Positions 1 through 10,210 of a DNA stretch of 45,086 nucleotides are shown here, one piece after another; the stretch's first letter is position 1; each line of letters opens with the position of its first letter. Position numbers and translations under genes: made by a program. The notes under the pieces are model-generated. The model was given only the letters and a program-made list of their open reading frames with translations. It made no database searches and was not told the origin of the DNA. The DNA is from Verrucomicrobiales bacterium (lineage in GTDB: Bacteria; Verrucomicrobiota; Verrucomicrobiia; Verrucomicrobiales; V1-33), in contig JANOAV010000066.1 in assembly GCA_031411295.1 (NCBI GenBank), forward strand, positions 1-45,086, read 5' to 3'.

Positions 1-2216
1 GCTCCGGCGCCGGTGATTTTCGCGACGTAGGCATCGCGGTCGGTGCTGGTGACATTGCGGATGGAGCCGCACGCATAGAGATCACCGCTGGCGTCCACAG
101 TGAGGTTGTTCAGCGTGTCGCTGCCCGCCGAGGCTCCGACGATCGTGCGTCTCCAGACTTCGGTGCCCGGAGAGTTTGCTCCATAGCGGATGACGATGGC
201 GTCGGAGTTGGACGCCGTGGTGCGGGTCGAGCCGCCGACCACGCAGTCGCCCGAGGGTGAGAGGACGACGACATTTGAGAAGCTGTCAAAAAGCGCGGCT
301 GCGCCATCGAAGGTCTGCGTCCACACGACACCGAGGGTGCTGTTGAGCTTCACCGTCAGGCCGTTGGCGTTGGCAGCATTGATGAAACCGGTGGCGAAGG
401 TGTTGCCGGTGCTGTCGGTGGCGACGCCGCTGAACTGGCTCAGGCTCGTGGGGCTGGTAAAAGTGTTCGTGACGGCTCCGGTGCCGGCGTTGAGCTTGGC
501 GGCGCGCGCGAAACTGCCTCCCGCAGTGGTGGTGTTGCCGACGACGACGACATTGCCATCGCTGGTGCGCGCGATGTCGAAGCACTCGTCGAAAGTGGTG
601 GCGGCGATGTCAAAGCGAGTTGTCCAGGCGATCGTTCCGTCCGTCCCGTTCACCTTGATGACGAACCCATGCACGTCCGGGGTGATGGTCGCACGCCCAG
701 CGATGTAGGCGTCTCCATTCGCGGGGTCCACTACCATGGCGTTGATGTCGTCAGAGTTGCCGTTGTCGATGTCCCGCGTCCAGCTCACCGCGCCCGTGAT
801 GGCGGCATGGCGCGTGACCCGGATGTTGCCGGGGTTGCCAGTGTTGATTTTCGTGGCGGCGATGACGTCTCCGCTGGTCGTGGATCCGACGGCGCGAGTG
901 GCGCCGACGTTGGTGCTCTGAACCGGCGACGACCATCTGGACGGCGGCGGCGTGACCGTGGGCGGCGTGTAGTTGAAGCCGTTCCCACTGATCGCAAAGT
1001 CATAGGGATTCTCGTTGCTGTCGTCGTTTGCGATGTTGACCGCGGCCGTGCGAATGCCCGCCGCAGCGGGATCGAAGGCGATGACAAAGGTCGTGCTGCC
1101 CGACGCCGCGATGACCGCCGGCAGGCTGATGCCCGAAGCGGAGAATTCCGAGGCGTTTGTCCCCGTGAAGGTGATGCCGCCAACGGGGATCGTGAGATTG
1201 GCCGTGCCGAGGTTCTGGATGGTGAAGGTGCGCGTCAGCGTGCCGCCGCTGACGTTGGTGGAACCGAAGAGGGTGTGGTCCGCAGCCAGAGGTGTGACGC
1301 TGCCGTCCGCGATGTTGGCACCATTGCCGAGGAGGTTGATCTCCGGTGCGCCGGGACCGGGGCCGACGCCGGTGAGGTCGAATGGGGTCACGTCATTCGC
1401 GACCCAGTTCGCCGGGTTATTGATGGCGGTAAGGTAGGCCGTCTTGTCCGCGAGACCGTAAGGTCCGTTATACTTGTAGTTATCCTGGTTGGTCAGGCCA
1501 CCGACGGGGAAACTGGCCAGGCCGAAGGCGGTCGCTGTGGCTGCGTTGGTGCCGGTATAAGCGATTAAACCGGCCGGCAAATTGGATTCAGAGTTTCCAG
1601 CACCTTGACTGGGCCGAGGCAGCAACCCGACCTGCCAGCCGTCTGTGATGGTAATTGCCCCATCAGGCGGGTTGGCGGCAGCGGTAATGGTGGAACCGTT
1701 GAAGGCGGAGACCATGGTGATGGTCCCAGTGACGGCTCCCCCTGCGGTCTGGTAGATCAGAATTTGGTCTCCGAGGTTGCTGTTGAAGGATAGCTCCGTC
1801 AACAGCGGCGAACCCGTCACCGCAAAGCGGTTCACCATGGTCAACGTCGCCAACGTCGGATCGGTCAAAACGACATTGACGCCGCTCTGATCAAACTTGA
1901 TGACGGTGCCAAAAGGAATGCCGCCCGGTTTGATGACATCGAACTGGATCTGTTGATTGGGCGACGGATTAATGCCCTCCTGCATCAAATTGTTGACGCT
2001 CGTGCTCCAGCCGGAGTCGGTGATGAAATAGCGCGCGCCGACCGGGATATTCGCCAGCGCGATGAGGGCGAAGTCGTCGTTGCCATCGGAGTTGTAGCAA
2101 ACGACGACGAGGTCGCTCGTTGCAGCGTTGGCCGGGACGGTGCTCAGCGAGGTGAGGACAGCTAGCAATGCCGCTGCGAACCAGCGGCGGATTAATGGGA
2201 TGATCGTGAGATTCAT
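1..2216 (-). CDS. Large secreted protein, runs off the left edge: signal peptide, N-terminal beta domain, choice-of-anchor D (Ig/ASH-like) domain, beta-propeller repeats
   Basis: Missing from the ORF track because it has no stop in the window. Read by hand from ATG 2216: [35 protein letters not shown]..., [55 protein letters not shown], then repeats such as [13 protein letters not shown] and [13 protein letters not shown]. Frame stays open to position 3. Confidence 0.85.
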   Translation of the reverse strand, partial: MNLTIIPLIRRWFAAALLAVLTSLSTVPANAATSDLVVVCYNSDGNDDFALIALANIPVGARYFITDSGWSTSVNNLMQEGINPSPNQQIQFDVIKPGGIPFGTVIKFDQSGVNVVLTDPTLATLTMVNRFAVTGSPLLTELSFNSNLGDQILIYQTAGGAVTGTITMVSAFNGSTITAAANPPDGAITITDGWQVGLLPRPSQGAGNSESNLPAGLIAYTGTNAATATAFGLASFPVGGLTNQDNYKYNGPYGLADKTAYLTAINNPANWVANDVTPFDLTGVGPGPGAPEINLLGNGANIADGSVTPLAADHTLFGSTNVSGGTLTRTFTIQNLGTANLTIPVGGITFTGTNASEFSASGISLPAVIAASGSTTFVIAFDPAAAGIRTAAVNIANDDSNENPYDFAISGNGFNYTPPTVTPPPSRWSSPVQSTNVGATRAVGSTTSGDVIAATKINTGNPGNIRVTRHAAITGAVSWTRDIDNGNSDDINAMVVDPANGDAYIAGRATITPDVHGFVIKVNGTDGTIAWTTRFDIAATTFDECFDIARTSDGNVVVVGNTTTAGGSFARAAKLNAGTGAVTNTFTSPTSLSQFSGVATDSTGNTFATGFINAANANGLTVKLNSTLGVVWTQTFDGAAALFDSFSNVVVLSPSGDCVVGGSTRTTASNSDAIVIRYGANSPGTEVWRRTIVGASAGSDTLNNLTVDASGDLYACGSIRNVTSTDRDAYVAKITGAG

Positions 2217-2349
2217 ATGGTGCGCAGGGACTTGCAGGCTGGTGCAGGGTGGATTTTTGACCTGCGCGAACCTAGCTCCGCCCGTGTGGATTGCCAAGAG
2301 GTTTCTTGGACGCGATCTGAACTGGCTTGTCCAGACGAGTCTCATCCGA

Positions 2350-2369
2350 CATCCGACCAAAGTCGGATG
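2350..2369. repeat. Perfect intergenic hairpin, REP-like
   Basis: CATCCGAC-CAAA-GTCGGATG: 8-bp stem, 4-nt loop, between divergent genes. Confidence 0.4.
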
Positions 2370-2528
2370 CTAGGGACGGCTTTTTCCGCCACTAGATCCG
2401 ACTGTAGTCCGATACCCAGATGGCGAAGCGATGCGATGATGGTGGCATCACACGGGAGGCGAGACAAGCCCCCCGGACAATGTCGATAGCTCATTCATAT
2501 TTTTCTTTAACTCCGACCCATCCACCTC

Positions 2529-5500
2529 ATGAAACTCCATTATCTCTGCTGCAGTTGTCTATTCCTAACCACTCTGGTGCGTGCTGAACTTTTTGATGTT
2601 CGCAGTTCAGCGGACAATGGTCGGTTCGTCCCGGGCCTGGGGATCCGGGCGGTCATGGTCAATCTGGATGGGGATCCTGAACTCGAAATCTATGCCGGTG
2701 ACGGGATCTTGCATCTCTCCAATACGCCGACCCGCACCATCCTGCCGGAGCCGAGCCGGGCTCCGTATAACTCGGCGGAGCCAATCACCTGGGGAGAAAA
2801 CTGCGGAGATGTGGCCGACGTGGATTTGGATGGTGACATGGACATCGTGCGCCAGTGCCGGCTGCGTTATAACAATAGTTATGAGCCTCGGTGGCGCATC
2901 CAAGTGCTGAAAAACAATGGCAACGGTAACTTCACGGAAGCATGGACCTGGAGTCTCGACAACCCGGGTCAATCGACTCTGCCGCCGGGCGAAGCGTTGA
3001 GTCTCGGAGATTTCGATGCGGATGGCGATGCCGATATGTTGGTCAGCAATGGTGCGGGGGTGGTGATTCGCTGGAATGGCGGCCATGGCACAGGGATTTT
3101 TGATACGACACTGACTCTAACAAGTGGCTATGAACTCTATAACGCTGAGGTGGCGGATTTCGACAATGATGGGCTGGTGGACATCCTCGCTTTGGTCAAT
3201 GACGAGCCGGCCAGTGTTCCCCGGTTGGTCCTCTACACTAATGGCGGCACCAATGGCGGGCAGCCAGGGGTCTTTGTCAGAACCGTTCTGGCCAGCTTCA
3301 GCTATGGGATCAGTTACCAGTTGAAGGTGGCGGATGTGAATCTGGATGGGCGCAAGGACTTCCTGCTGCGGAGAACCGGAGTTACCAGCGGCAATGTTGC
3401 CTGGTATCGGAACAACGGCGTGGGCTTCGATGCCCCCGTTAGTCTCTATAACTCGGCCACGGTGCGCTGCTTTAATATGGACCTCGCGGACGTAAATGAG
3501 GACGGTCTCCTCGATCTGATCCTATGTGTGGATGATGCCACCCCGCAAGGCACGATCTATCAATACCCGGGCATCACACCCGGGACCTTTGGCGCACCCA
3601 TACCGATGGCGTCAGCCTATCTGCAAGCAGAAGGATATCTGCCGCGGGTGCTGTGCTCTGGAGATGCGGATGGCGATGGCGACATCGACGTGGCGCTCTA
3701 TAGCGATATTCCAACCTACATACGGAACACTGCGGTGCATCATCGCGCCAAGGTGGAAAACACGATTTTCGGTGGCACGGCTCCCTCTGGATCGGCCGAC
3801 TTGGCCGTGGCTGATGTCAATCATGATGGAAAGTTGGACCTCATCGCAGCGAGCAGTGCGGATAAAAAACTCTATTGGTATTCCACGGCCACTGGTGCGT
3901 TGGGCAGTCCCACTTCCTTCAGCACCGGTGCCCGTATTCCTTCCGGTATCGTCCCGGGGGATTTCGATGGCGATGGTGATCTGGACTTGGGCTACACCGT
4001 GCCCGCCAGCTCGGAGGTGCGGGTGGCGTGGAATAATACGGGCTCCGGCCTGGCTTTTCTGGATGGCTATCTGGCCACGGTGGCAAATGTAACCCGAGCG
4101 TATGCAGAAGATGTGAATCGGGACGGAAAACTTGATTTCGTGGCGGCTTCCACGGCGGCAAATTCCGTGCGGTGGTTTTTGAATAATGGCACTGGAACCA
4201 GTTTCACGCAGGAAACCGTGGCTACGGGGTTGGCCAATGTGCAGGCACTCCCGATGGAATCCTTCATGAACGGCCGGCCGGAGGTGCTGGTCTTCGGCAC
4301 CTCCACCAGTGGGCCTAACTACCTGCGTTCCTACCGTCGCAGCACTAGTTCCTGGGTGGTGCAGGCGGAAGTTAGTAAGGTCGCCACGGTGATGACCGCG
4401 GGCGATGTAAACAACGATAAGGTGACGGATGCCATCTTTGCCGATGCCACGAATCAGGTTTCCTTCTGGCCGTTCTCCGGCAATCCAACCTATACGCTAG
4501 GCCAGATGCCGGGCACCGTGCGCAGCCTGGAGTGGGTGGACTGGAATAAGGACGGGCGAGGCGATGTGCTCTGCGCCTGGAATGGTGGCGTCACCTTACT
4601 GCTCAACGGACTGAACGGCTGGGAAACGATCCCTTTTGCCACCAGCGGTGATTTTACCGCACTGGCGCTGCTGGACATTGATCGGGATGGCATGGTGGAA
4701 GCCGTGGGTTACAATCAGACCACCGCAAAACTGCACATTTTCAAGAACACATCCTGGCAGGTGCGCATGAGTCACCTCAGTATGGCAGATGACACAGGCC
4801 GCGCTCGGATCAAGGCAGGGCAAAGCGGCAAGGCGCTGCGGATCAAGGTGGAACATGGGATGGCGGAAGTCTTTGGCACCGGGGATAGCGCTATTTATAC
4901 AGGAACTACCCGTTTTCGTTTCCTCAAGGCCGTGCCTTCCGGCCAAACCTACGTTCCCGGTGCGCCCCTCACTGAGGCAGAAGTCATGGCAGTCGTCGCC
5001 ACCGTGCAGATGGTGGATGATGCTGGCAATGTCCGGGCCGCGCTTCCGCTGGGCCCATCCGCCAACTACCTCAATGGCTACTTCACTTACAACATGCTGA
5101 CGCAACTGCAATACGCTGGCCAGACTCGCCTCCAGGACGTGCAGTTGCAACTGACCCCCACTGCGAACACCTCGGCCAATGCCCTCTTTTTTATGCAGCA
5201 CATCGCTGACAGTCCCACGCAGGAGCACACCGGTTGGTGGCCCACCGGGGGCTCGGGGAATTATACCCGATTCTTAACGCAGCAGACCGACGTTGACACC
5301 TTCACCACTCTGATCCAAGCAACAGCCTCAACCCTAACAGCTCTGGAAACTTGGCGGCAGAGCAACTTCGGCACCTATCAAGCGGCCGGGGCGGCCGCCA
5401 ATGATGCGGATCCTGATCAGGATGGCCTGCCCAACCTCGTGGAATATGTCATGGGACGCGATCCCAATGCTCAGGGCGGCCTCGGCAGTAATCTCGCCAT

Positions 5501-5777
5501 CGAACTCATTTACAATGGCCCAGCGAGCCCGCTCCTGGCCGACCTGCGGCTGCTCACGAGTTACGACAGCAAAGTGCGCCTCACCCTGGAGCGCTCCACC
5601 GATCTGCAAAGCTGGGCTAGCTTGAGCACCCGCAGCGGAACCGCTGCCTGGACCGGTGCCGTTCCTACCTCCAGTGCTCTCAGTGGTGGAAGGACGAAGT
5701 TTAGCTTCAATACCAGCGCTACCCCCAACATTACGCCCCGCTTCTGGACGCGGCTGAAGGCGGAGGAACTGCCCTAA
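2529..5777 (+). CDS. Secreted FG-GAP/VCBS-repeat beta-propeller protein with shared C-terminal module
   Basis: 1082 aa; signal peptide; many D(V/F)(D/N)xDGxxD(I/L) repeats; C-terminal WRQSNFG..ADPDQDGLPNLVEYVMGRDP..LERSTDLQSW..FWTRLK. Confidence 0.9.
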   Translation: MKLHYLCCSCLFLTTLVRAELFDVRSSADNGRFVPGLGIRAVMVNLDGDPELEIYAGDGILHLSNTPTRTILPEPSRAPYNSAEPITWGENCGDVADVDLDGDMDIVRQCRLRYNNSYEPRWRIQVLKNNGNGNFTEAWTWSLDNPGQSTLPPGEALSLGDFDADGDADMLVSNGAGVVIRWNGGHGTGIFDTTLTLTSGYELYNAEVADFDNDGLVDILALVNDEPASVPRLVLYTNGGTNGGQPGVFVRTVLASFSYGISYQLKVADVNLDGRKDFLLRRTGVTSGNVAWYRNNGVGFDAPVSLYNSATVRCFNMDLADVNEDGLLDLILCVDDATPQGTIYQYPGITPGTFGAPIPMASAYLQAEGYLPRVLCSGDADGDGDIDVALYSDIPTYIRNTAVHHRAKVENTIFGGTAPSGSADLAVADVNHDGKLDLIAASSADKKLYWYSTATGALGSPTSFSTGARIPSGIVPGDFDGDGDLDLGYTVPASSEVRVAWNNTGSGLAFLDGYLATVANVTRAYAEDVNRDGKLDFVAASTAANSVRWFLNNGTGTSFTQETVATGLANVQALPMESFMNGRPEVLVFGTSTSGPNYLRSYRRSTSSWVVQAEVSKVATVMTAGDVNNDKVTDAIFADATNQVSFWPFSGNPTYTLGQMPGTVRSLEWVDWNKDGRGDVLCAWNGGVTLLLNGLNGWETIPFATSGDFTALALLDIDRDGMVEAVGYNQTTAKLHIFKNTSWQVRMSHLSMADDTGRARIKAGQSGKALRIKVEHGMAEVFGTGDSAIYTGTTRFRFLKAVPSGQTYVPGAPLTEAEVMAVVATVQMVDDAGNVRAALPLGPSANYLNGYFTYNMLTQLQYAGQTRLQDVQLQLTPTANTSANALFFMQHIADSPTQEHTGWWPTGGSGNYTRFLTQQTDVDTFTTLIQATASTLTALETWRQSNFGTYQAAGAAANDADPDQDGLPNLVEYVMGRDPNAQGGLGSNLAIELIYNGPASPLLADLRLLTSYDSKVRLTLERSTDLQSWASLSTRSGTAAWTGAVPTSSALSGGRTKFSFNTSATPNITPRFWTRLKAEELP

Positions 5778-6145
5778 CTTGGATCATCCAACTTCCGGAA
5801 CTCGAACCCAAACCCACCAGCAATTTCCTGACGTTCTTAAACTTCGACCTTTATTCCATCATGAATCCACCCATCCTAATTAGTCCCGATGTGGGAGCGC
5901 TTCATTGGGGATGCTTTGGTCTGCCAGTGGAACCGGAAGTGCCTGGTTGGTTTCGCGGGAGAGGCGCGGGAGGAGATTCGAGCAAGTGGAGGATCTCTGG
6001 AGTGCTGTATCTGGGGTATGCTTATTTTGAGCAGTCCAGCGGACTGCTCCACATTCGCGCATCCCATTCAATAAAATCTCGCAAGTGCCAGCAACAATCC
6101 CAGCACGACGGTTGGTCTGAGCAAAAAGTAAACGACCATCACGCT

Positions 6146-9100
6146 TCACGGAGCACTCGTAGCCGTGGCTTTAAAGAAACCGCGGTTCAAGGTGGTGTCC
6201 GATCCCGTCATGCGGAAACGTTGCCATTCGTAGCCACCGGGGATTTCAGGGGTGCCAACGGTGGCCTGCCATGGGCCGAGCGGGGTTAGACTGGGGGCAC
6301 CCACTTGGCCGAAATCGTCCAAGGTGGAGGAACCTTGGATTTTGTAAATGATGCCGTCTTTGGTGGCGGTGGGTTCCACCACGTTCAGAAAACTAGCACC
6401 TTCCCGCACTGCGACAGTTAGGAGGGATTCGGGTTTGCCATCGTTGGTGGTATCTGTCCAGCTCAGGAAGTAGTTGCCCATGGGGCCGTAGCTGGTGGGA
6501 TTGGTGCCGAAGGCAAATTCCGTGAAATTGTTAATGCCATCGCCATCGGGATCGGCCGTTGGGGTCTTCTGGGCTGGGTTCGTGAGGCTTAGGTAGTTGT
6601 CCATCCAAACGCTGAAGGGAGTGGAAATGGAGCCGGTGAGGACATTCAATTTCCCCGTGCCACTGATGAGGGATGTCTTGTTGGGCGCATCCGAAGCGGG
6701 GCCGCCCCAGATGCCTGCGAGCTGCCCCACGTTGTCGAGTTCGAGGAAACTCACCGTGTCGGTGCCGGTGTGCGTTAGGTTCAACACGCCACCCGTGCTG
6801 ATGAACACGCCGGCGGCGTCCGCGAGGGTGGCGGTGGCCACGGTGAGCGTCCCTCGGAGCACGGTGGTATTGCCCGTATTCGTATTGCTTCCGTTTATGG
6901 CCAACGATCCGGGACCGGTCTTGGTGAGCCCCACATTTCCACTGACAACGCCGTCGAAGGTATAGCTGGCACTAGCATTGACGGTTAAGGTGGAGGGAAC
7001 TACTGAGGTGTTCGTGAGGATGCTGTTGAGGTTGGTGGTGGCGGTGTCCTGCAGCCCCGCAACCTCTTGGTTAACTCCGTTGAGATCCACCGTGGCAATG
7101 TCCGTGACACCGCTGGCGCTGTCGATGTCCAGAATGGTGGATTTCGGCAGCGTATCGGCAGCGCCCAATTGCAGCACGCCGCGAATGATGGCGGTGGTGC
7201 CGGTGTAGGTGCTCTCACCGCTGGGTGCAGCGAGCACCACGGTGGAGAGAATGCCGACTCCGGCGGTGCTTCCGGCACTGATGTTAATATTATTTCCGGT
7301 GCCACCGGAAATTCCGCCCGTGATGATGAGCTTCCCGCCAATGCCTGCACCCAAGCGTGGATTGTTGGCCGTGCTGTCATTAATGATGACAGGACCGGCC
7401 CAGGTGGCGGTTCCGGCTGCGGCGGTTTGCATGGCTCCGTTGAAGTCGGTGGTGCTGAAGCCGCCACCGGCAATGCTGGCGGTCTTGCCAGTGATGGTTA
7501 CGCCATCGTTGAGTTGCAGGGCGGTGGTGCTCTTCACAGTTACGGTCACTCCGGTGCCCGCGCCCAGAGCGGTGCTAGTGCCAAGGTGGAGGCGACCGGC
7601 ATTGATAATGGCGCCGCCGGTGAATGAGTTATTTCCAGTGAGGACGGAAGTGCCGGCACCTCCCTTGAGCAAGGCGCGGGAGCCTCCGACTTCGCTGATA
7701 TTCCCACTGTAAGTGCCGCTGCCGCTGTTCGCCCCGATGGTGGCATCCGTATTAGGGGAAACATCGCCTGCCAGAATGATGGGGCCGGACCAGATGCCGT
7801 TGGCTTCCACGCGGAGTTGCCCCAGCGTCTCGCCCAAGTCACCTCCGTAAAGGTAAGCCGTAGCGGGCTGCGTAATCGCTGTGCCAATGAAAATGGTGCC
7901 GTTAGCGAGCGCATTCACGGTGGCGGTGGCTGGCAAGAGGCCTTGGAGTTGCAACTTTCCACCGCCGACTGGGGTGCCGACTCCGACATTAATTATCCCA
8001 GTGAATCCCGCATTATTACCATTGAGCGCCACCGTGTTAGAACCGATGCCAGGGGTAATGTTAAGGGTGCCACTACCGCTCAGCGTGGTGGCCATCCCGG
8101 TGAAGGAAACCGATCCCGTCGGTGGTGCGGTTAAGTTTACGGTGGCACCAGTATTGACGGCTACAGCACCAGTTCCCAAGGCTCCGGAGTTCGTCAAGGT
8201 GGTGGTGCCGGCATTGAAAGTAGTGCCTCCGGAATAGGTGTTAGCAGAATTGATCATCAGGGTGCCATTGCCAGTCTTGATCAGTGCGCCCGTGCCGGAA
8301 ATGCCGCTTCCAGAAATGGTGTAGGCGTTGGTGGTATTGTCCACCGTGATGGTTCCGGGGATGACTGCGGTGATGGGAATATTGACGGCAAAATTGGCCG
8401 TGGCGGTATCATCGAAGCGCACGTTATCCAACGAGAAGAATTTATCCGGACTGCCACCGTTGAACCAATTTAGTTTGTTGGCCAAACTCCATTCTGTGTC
8501 CACCGCCCCGCTCCAGACCAGGCTGGTGCTGCCGCCGGTAAACGTGATCGTGATTACGGAGTTAGTCCCGGTGCCGACATCCAAGGTATAGGCGAGTCGG
8601 CTGGCGGATGCGATGGTCGGCGTGCCGGTGAGGGTTCCGGTGTAACCCATGAGAATGTAGGGGGTATTGAGGGTCGGAGCGGCCAGGGTGTTCAGTTCAA
8701 TGGTGCCGCCGATAAGATTTAAATTTCCGGTCACATTGATGCGGTCGGACGCAGTCGCATTGATATCCAGTGACACTTTCCCACTGGAAACGGTCAATGG
8801 TCCCACGGCGGAGGTTGCGATGGCCGCATTCAAATAACTCAGCGTGCCGCCTGCCACCGTGATCGGAGCGGTGTGCGCTGCGGTCACCACCAGAGTTCCA
8901 GCGTTTACCCGCGTCCCGACGGTAGCAGTCGTGGCTCCGCTGCGGGTTAGGGTTCCGGTGCCTGTCTTTATCAATGATCCAGCGCCAGCGATGGAACCAG
9001 AGTAGGTGGTGGATTGATTGTTAGCACCAACCGTTAGGGTCACGGCGGCGGCGGCATTGTTCGTGAGCGTGATCGTTTGGCTCCCCTTCAGTCCGCCAAT

Positions 9101-10159
9101 CCCATAAGCAGTTAAGCCGTTCGTGAAACCCAGCGTTCCGCCAGTGTAATTCAGCGAACTATTCTGGAGCGCGCTGGCATGGGAAAGGTTCAGCGTGCCG
9201 GCGGATAGGTTGGTGTCTCCGGTGAAAGTATTGGCCCCGGCCAAGGTGGCGACACCCGCTCCGGTCTTGGTTAGAGTGAACGCCCCAGTAATCCCATTGG
9301 CATCGGAACTGTTGAAGGTGTAGGCCAGGGTGGCGCTGGTTACGGAAACATTAGCCCCCGTGACACCACCATTTTGAATCGTAATGTTGTTGCGGGTGAC
9401 GGCAGTGGAATTGCTGTCGGTATCGAAGAAATCTACGCTACCACCAGCCTTGGCGGTGGTGAAGCTGCCGCCGGAGAAATTCAGCGTGGCATCATCCCAC
9501 GTTCCGCTGACGGTGCCGCTCCAGCGGTTGGCAGACAGTGAGCGCAGTTGCATGGCGTTGATCTGATTCGATGCCCCACCAGAGAGCGTAAAGGTCTGCG
9601 TGGTGGCATCCGCTATGAATGTCCCGATGACATGCTGGCAAACTCCGCCACCCACATCACCGACGTTGTAATCGATCACCACCGTGCTAGCGCCACTGGT
9701 GGCGGTGGTGGTGCGCGTGACGGTGGCTCCAGCGCGGGGATCACCGCACCAAAGTTGGAGCTTATAAGTGACTCCCACGGTTAGGTTATTCAGCGTAACC
9801 GTGATGGCCGTATTGGCTGCGGTGTAGGCCGCCCCCAGGAGCATGGCTTTGTAAGCCAGATTGGTAAACGGAGCGGCGGTGGAGGTGAAGGCGGTGGTGT
9901 TAACAGCACCCGTAACTCCGGCTAAAGTAACGTTGCCGTCTGCTGGTCCGGTAACGACGGTGCCCGCTGCGGCAAAAGGAACGGTATTGACGGTGGCGGC
10001 TGCGTTGCTCCAGGAGTAGGCGTATTTGAATGCTCCCGTGGCCAGCACATCCGTGGCGGCAGAACAAGATGCGGGCGTGCCCCAAGTGATGGTGGCGGCT
10101 TGTGCGGAGCCCGCTCCGCCAAGGATGAGGGCTGCGAGAAGAAGTGAAATTCGTTTCAT
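6146..10159 (-). CDS. Autotransporter-associated beta-strand-repeat (beta-helix) surface protein
   Basis: 1337 aa; signal peptide; repeated LxKxGxGxxxLxGxNT(F/Y)xGxTxxxxGTL; no C-terminal barrel; ends in the ADPDGDGINNFTEFAFGTNP module. Confidence 0.9.
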   Translation of the reverse strand: MKRISLLLAALILGGAGSAQAATITWGTPASCSAATDVLATGAFKYAYSWSNAAATVNTVPFAAAGTVVTGPADGNVTLAGVTGAVNTTAFTSTAAPFTNLAYKAMLLGAAYTAANTAITVTLNNLTVGVTYKLQLWCGDPRAGATVTRTTTATSGASTVVIDYNVGDVGGGVCQHVIGTFIADATTQTFTLSGGASNQINAMQLRSLSANRWSGTVSGTWDDATLNFSGGSFTTAKAGGSVDFFDTDSNSTAVTRNNITIQNGGVTGANVSVTSATLAYTFNSSDANGITGAFTLTKTGAGVATLAGANTFTGDTNLSAGTLNLSHASALQNSSLNYTGGTLGFTNGLTAYGIGGLKGSQTITLTNNAAAAVTLTVGANNQSTTYSGSIAGAGSLIKTGTGTLTRSGATTATVGTRVNAGTLVVTAAHTAPITVAGGTLSYLNAAIATSAVGPLTVSSGKVSLDINATASDRINVTGNLNLIGGTIELNTLAAPTLNTPYILMGYTGTLTGTPTIASASRLAYTLDVGTGTNSVITITFTGGSTSLVWSGAVDTEWSLANKLNWFNGGSPDKFFSLDNVRFDDTATANFAVNIPITAVIPGTITVDNTTNAYTISGSGISGTGALIKTGNGTLMINSANTYSGGTTFNAGTTTLTNSGALGTGAVAVNTGATVNLTAPPTGSVSFTGMATTLSGSGTLNITPGIGSNTVALNGNNAGFTGIINVGVGTPVGGGKLQLQGLLPATATVNALANGTIFIGTAITQPATAYLYGGDLGETLGQLRVEANGIWSGPIILAGDVSPNTDATIGANSGSGTYSGNISEVGGSRALLKGGAGTSVLTGNNSFTGGAIINAGRLHLGTSTALGAGTGVTVTVKSTTALQLNDGVTITGKTASIAGGGFSTTDFNGAMQTAAAGTATWAGPVIINDSTANNPRLGAGIGGKLIITGGISGGTGNNINISAGSTAGVGILSTVVLAAPSGESTYTGTTAIIRGVLQLGAADTLPKSTILDIDSASGVTDIATVDLNGVNQEVAGLQDTATTNLNSILTNTSVVPSTLTVNASASYTFDGVVSGNVGLTKTGPGSLAINGSNTNTGNTTVLRGTLTVATATLADAAGVFISTGGVLNLTHTGTDTVSFLELDNVGQLAGIWGGPASDAPNKTSLISGTGKLNVLTGSISTPFSVWMDNYLSLTNPAQKTPTADPDGDGINNFTEFAFGTNPTSYGPMGNYFLSWTDTTNDGKPESLLTVAVREGASFLNVVEPTATKDGIIYKIQGSSTLDDFGQVGAPSLTPLGPWQATVGTPEIPGGYEWQRFRMTGSDTTLNRGFFKATATSAP

Positions 10160-10210
10160 AACGGCGGTGAAAGTAGATGCTGGAAATTTGGGATAAACTG
10201 ACTCTTGGCG

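Noticed and set aside
190..2165. Plus-strand ORFs 190..708, 669..1568, 1015..1437 and others
   Set aside because: Antisense shadows of the long minus-strand gene starting at 2216.
5861..6289. ORF starting MNPPILIS, resembling the MNPPKIFIS start of the DUF4062 genes
   Set aside because: Similarity ends after a few codons, no DUF4062 motifs follow, and it overlaps the 3' end of the opposite-strand gene.
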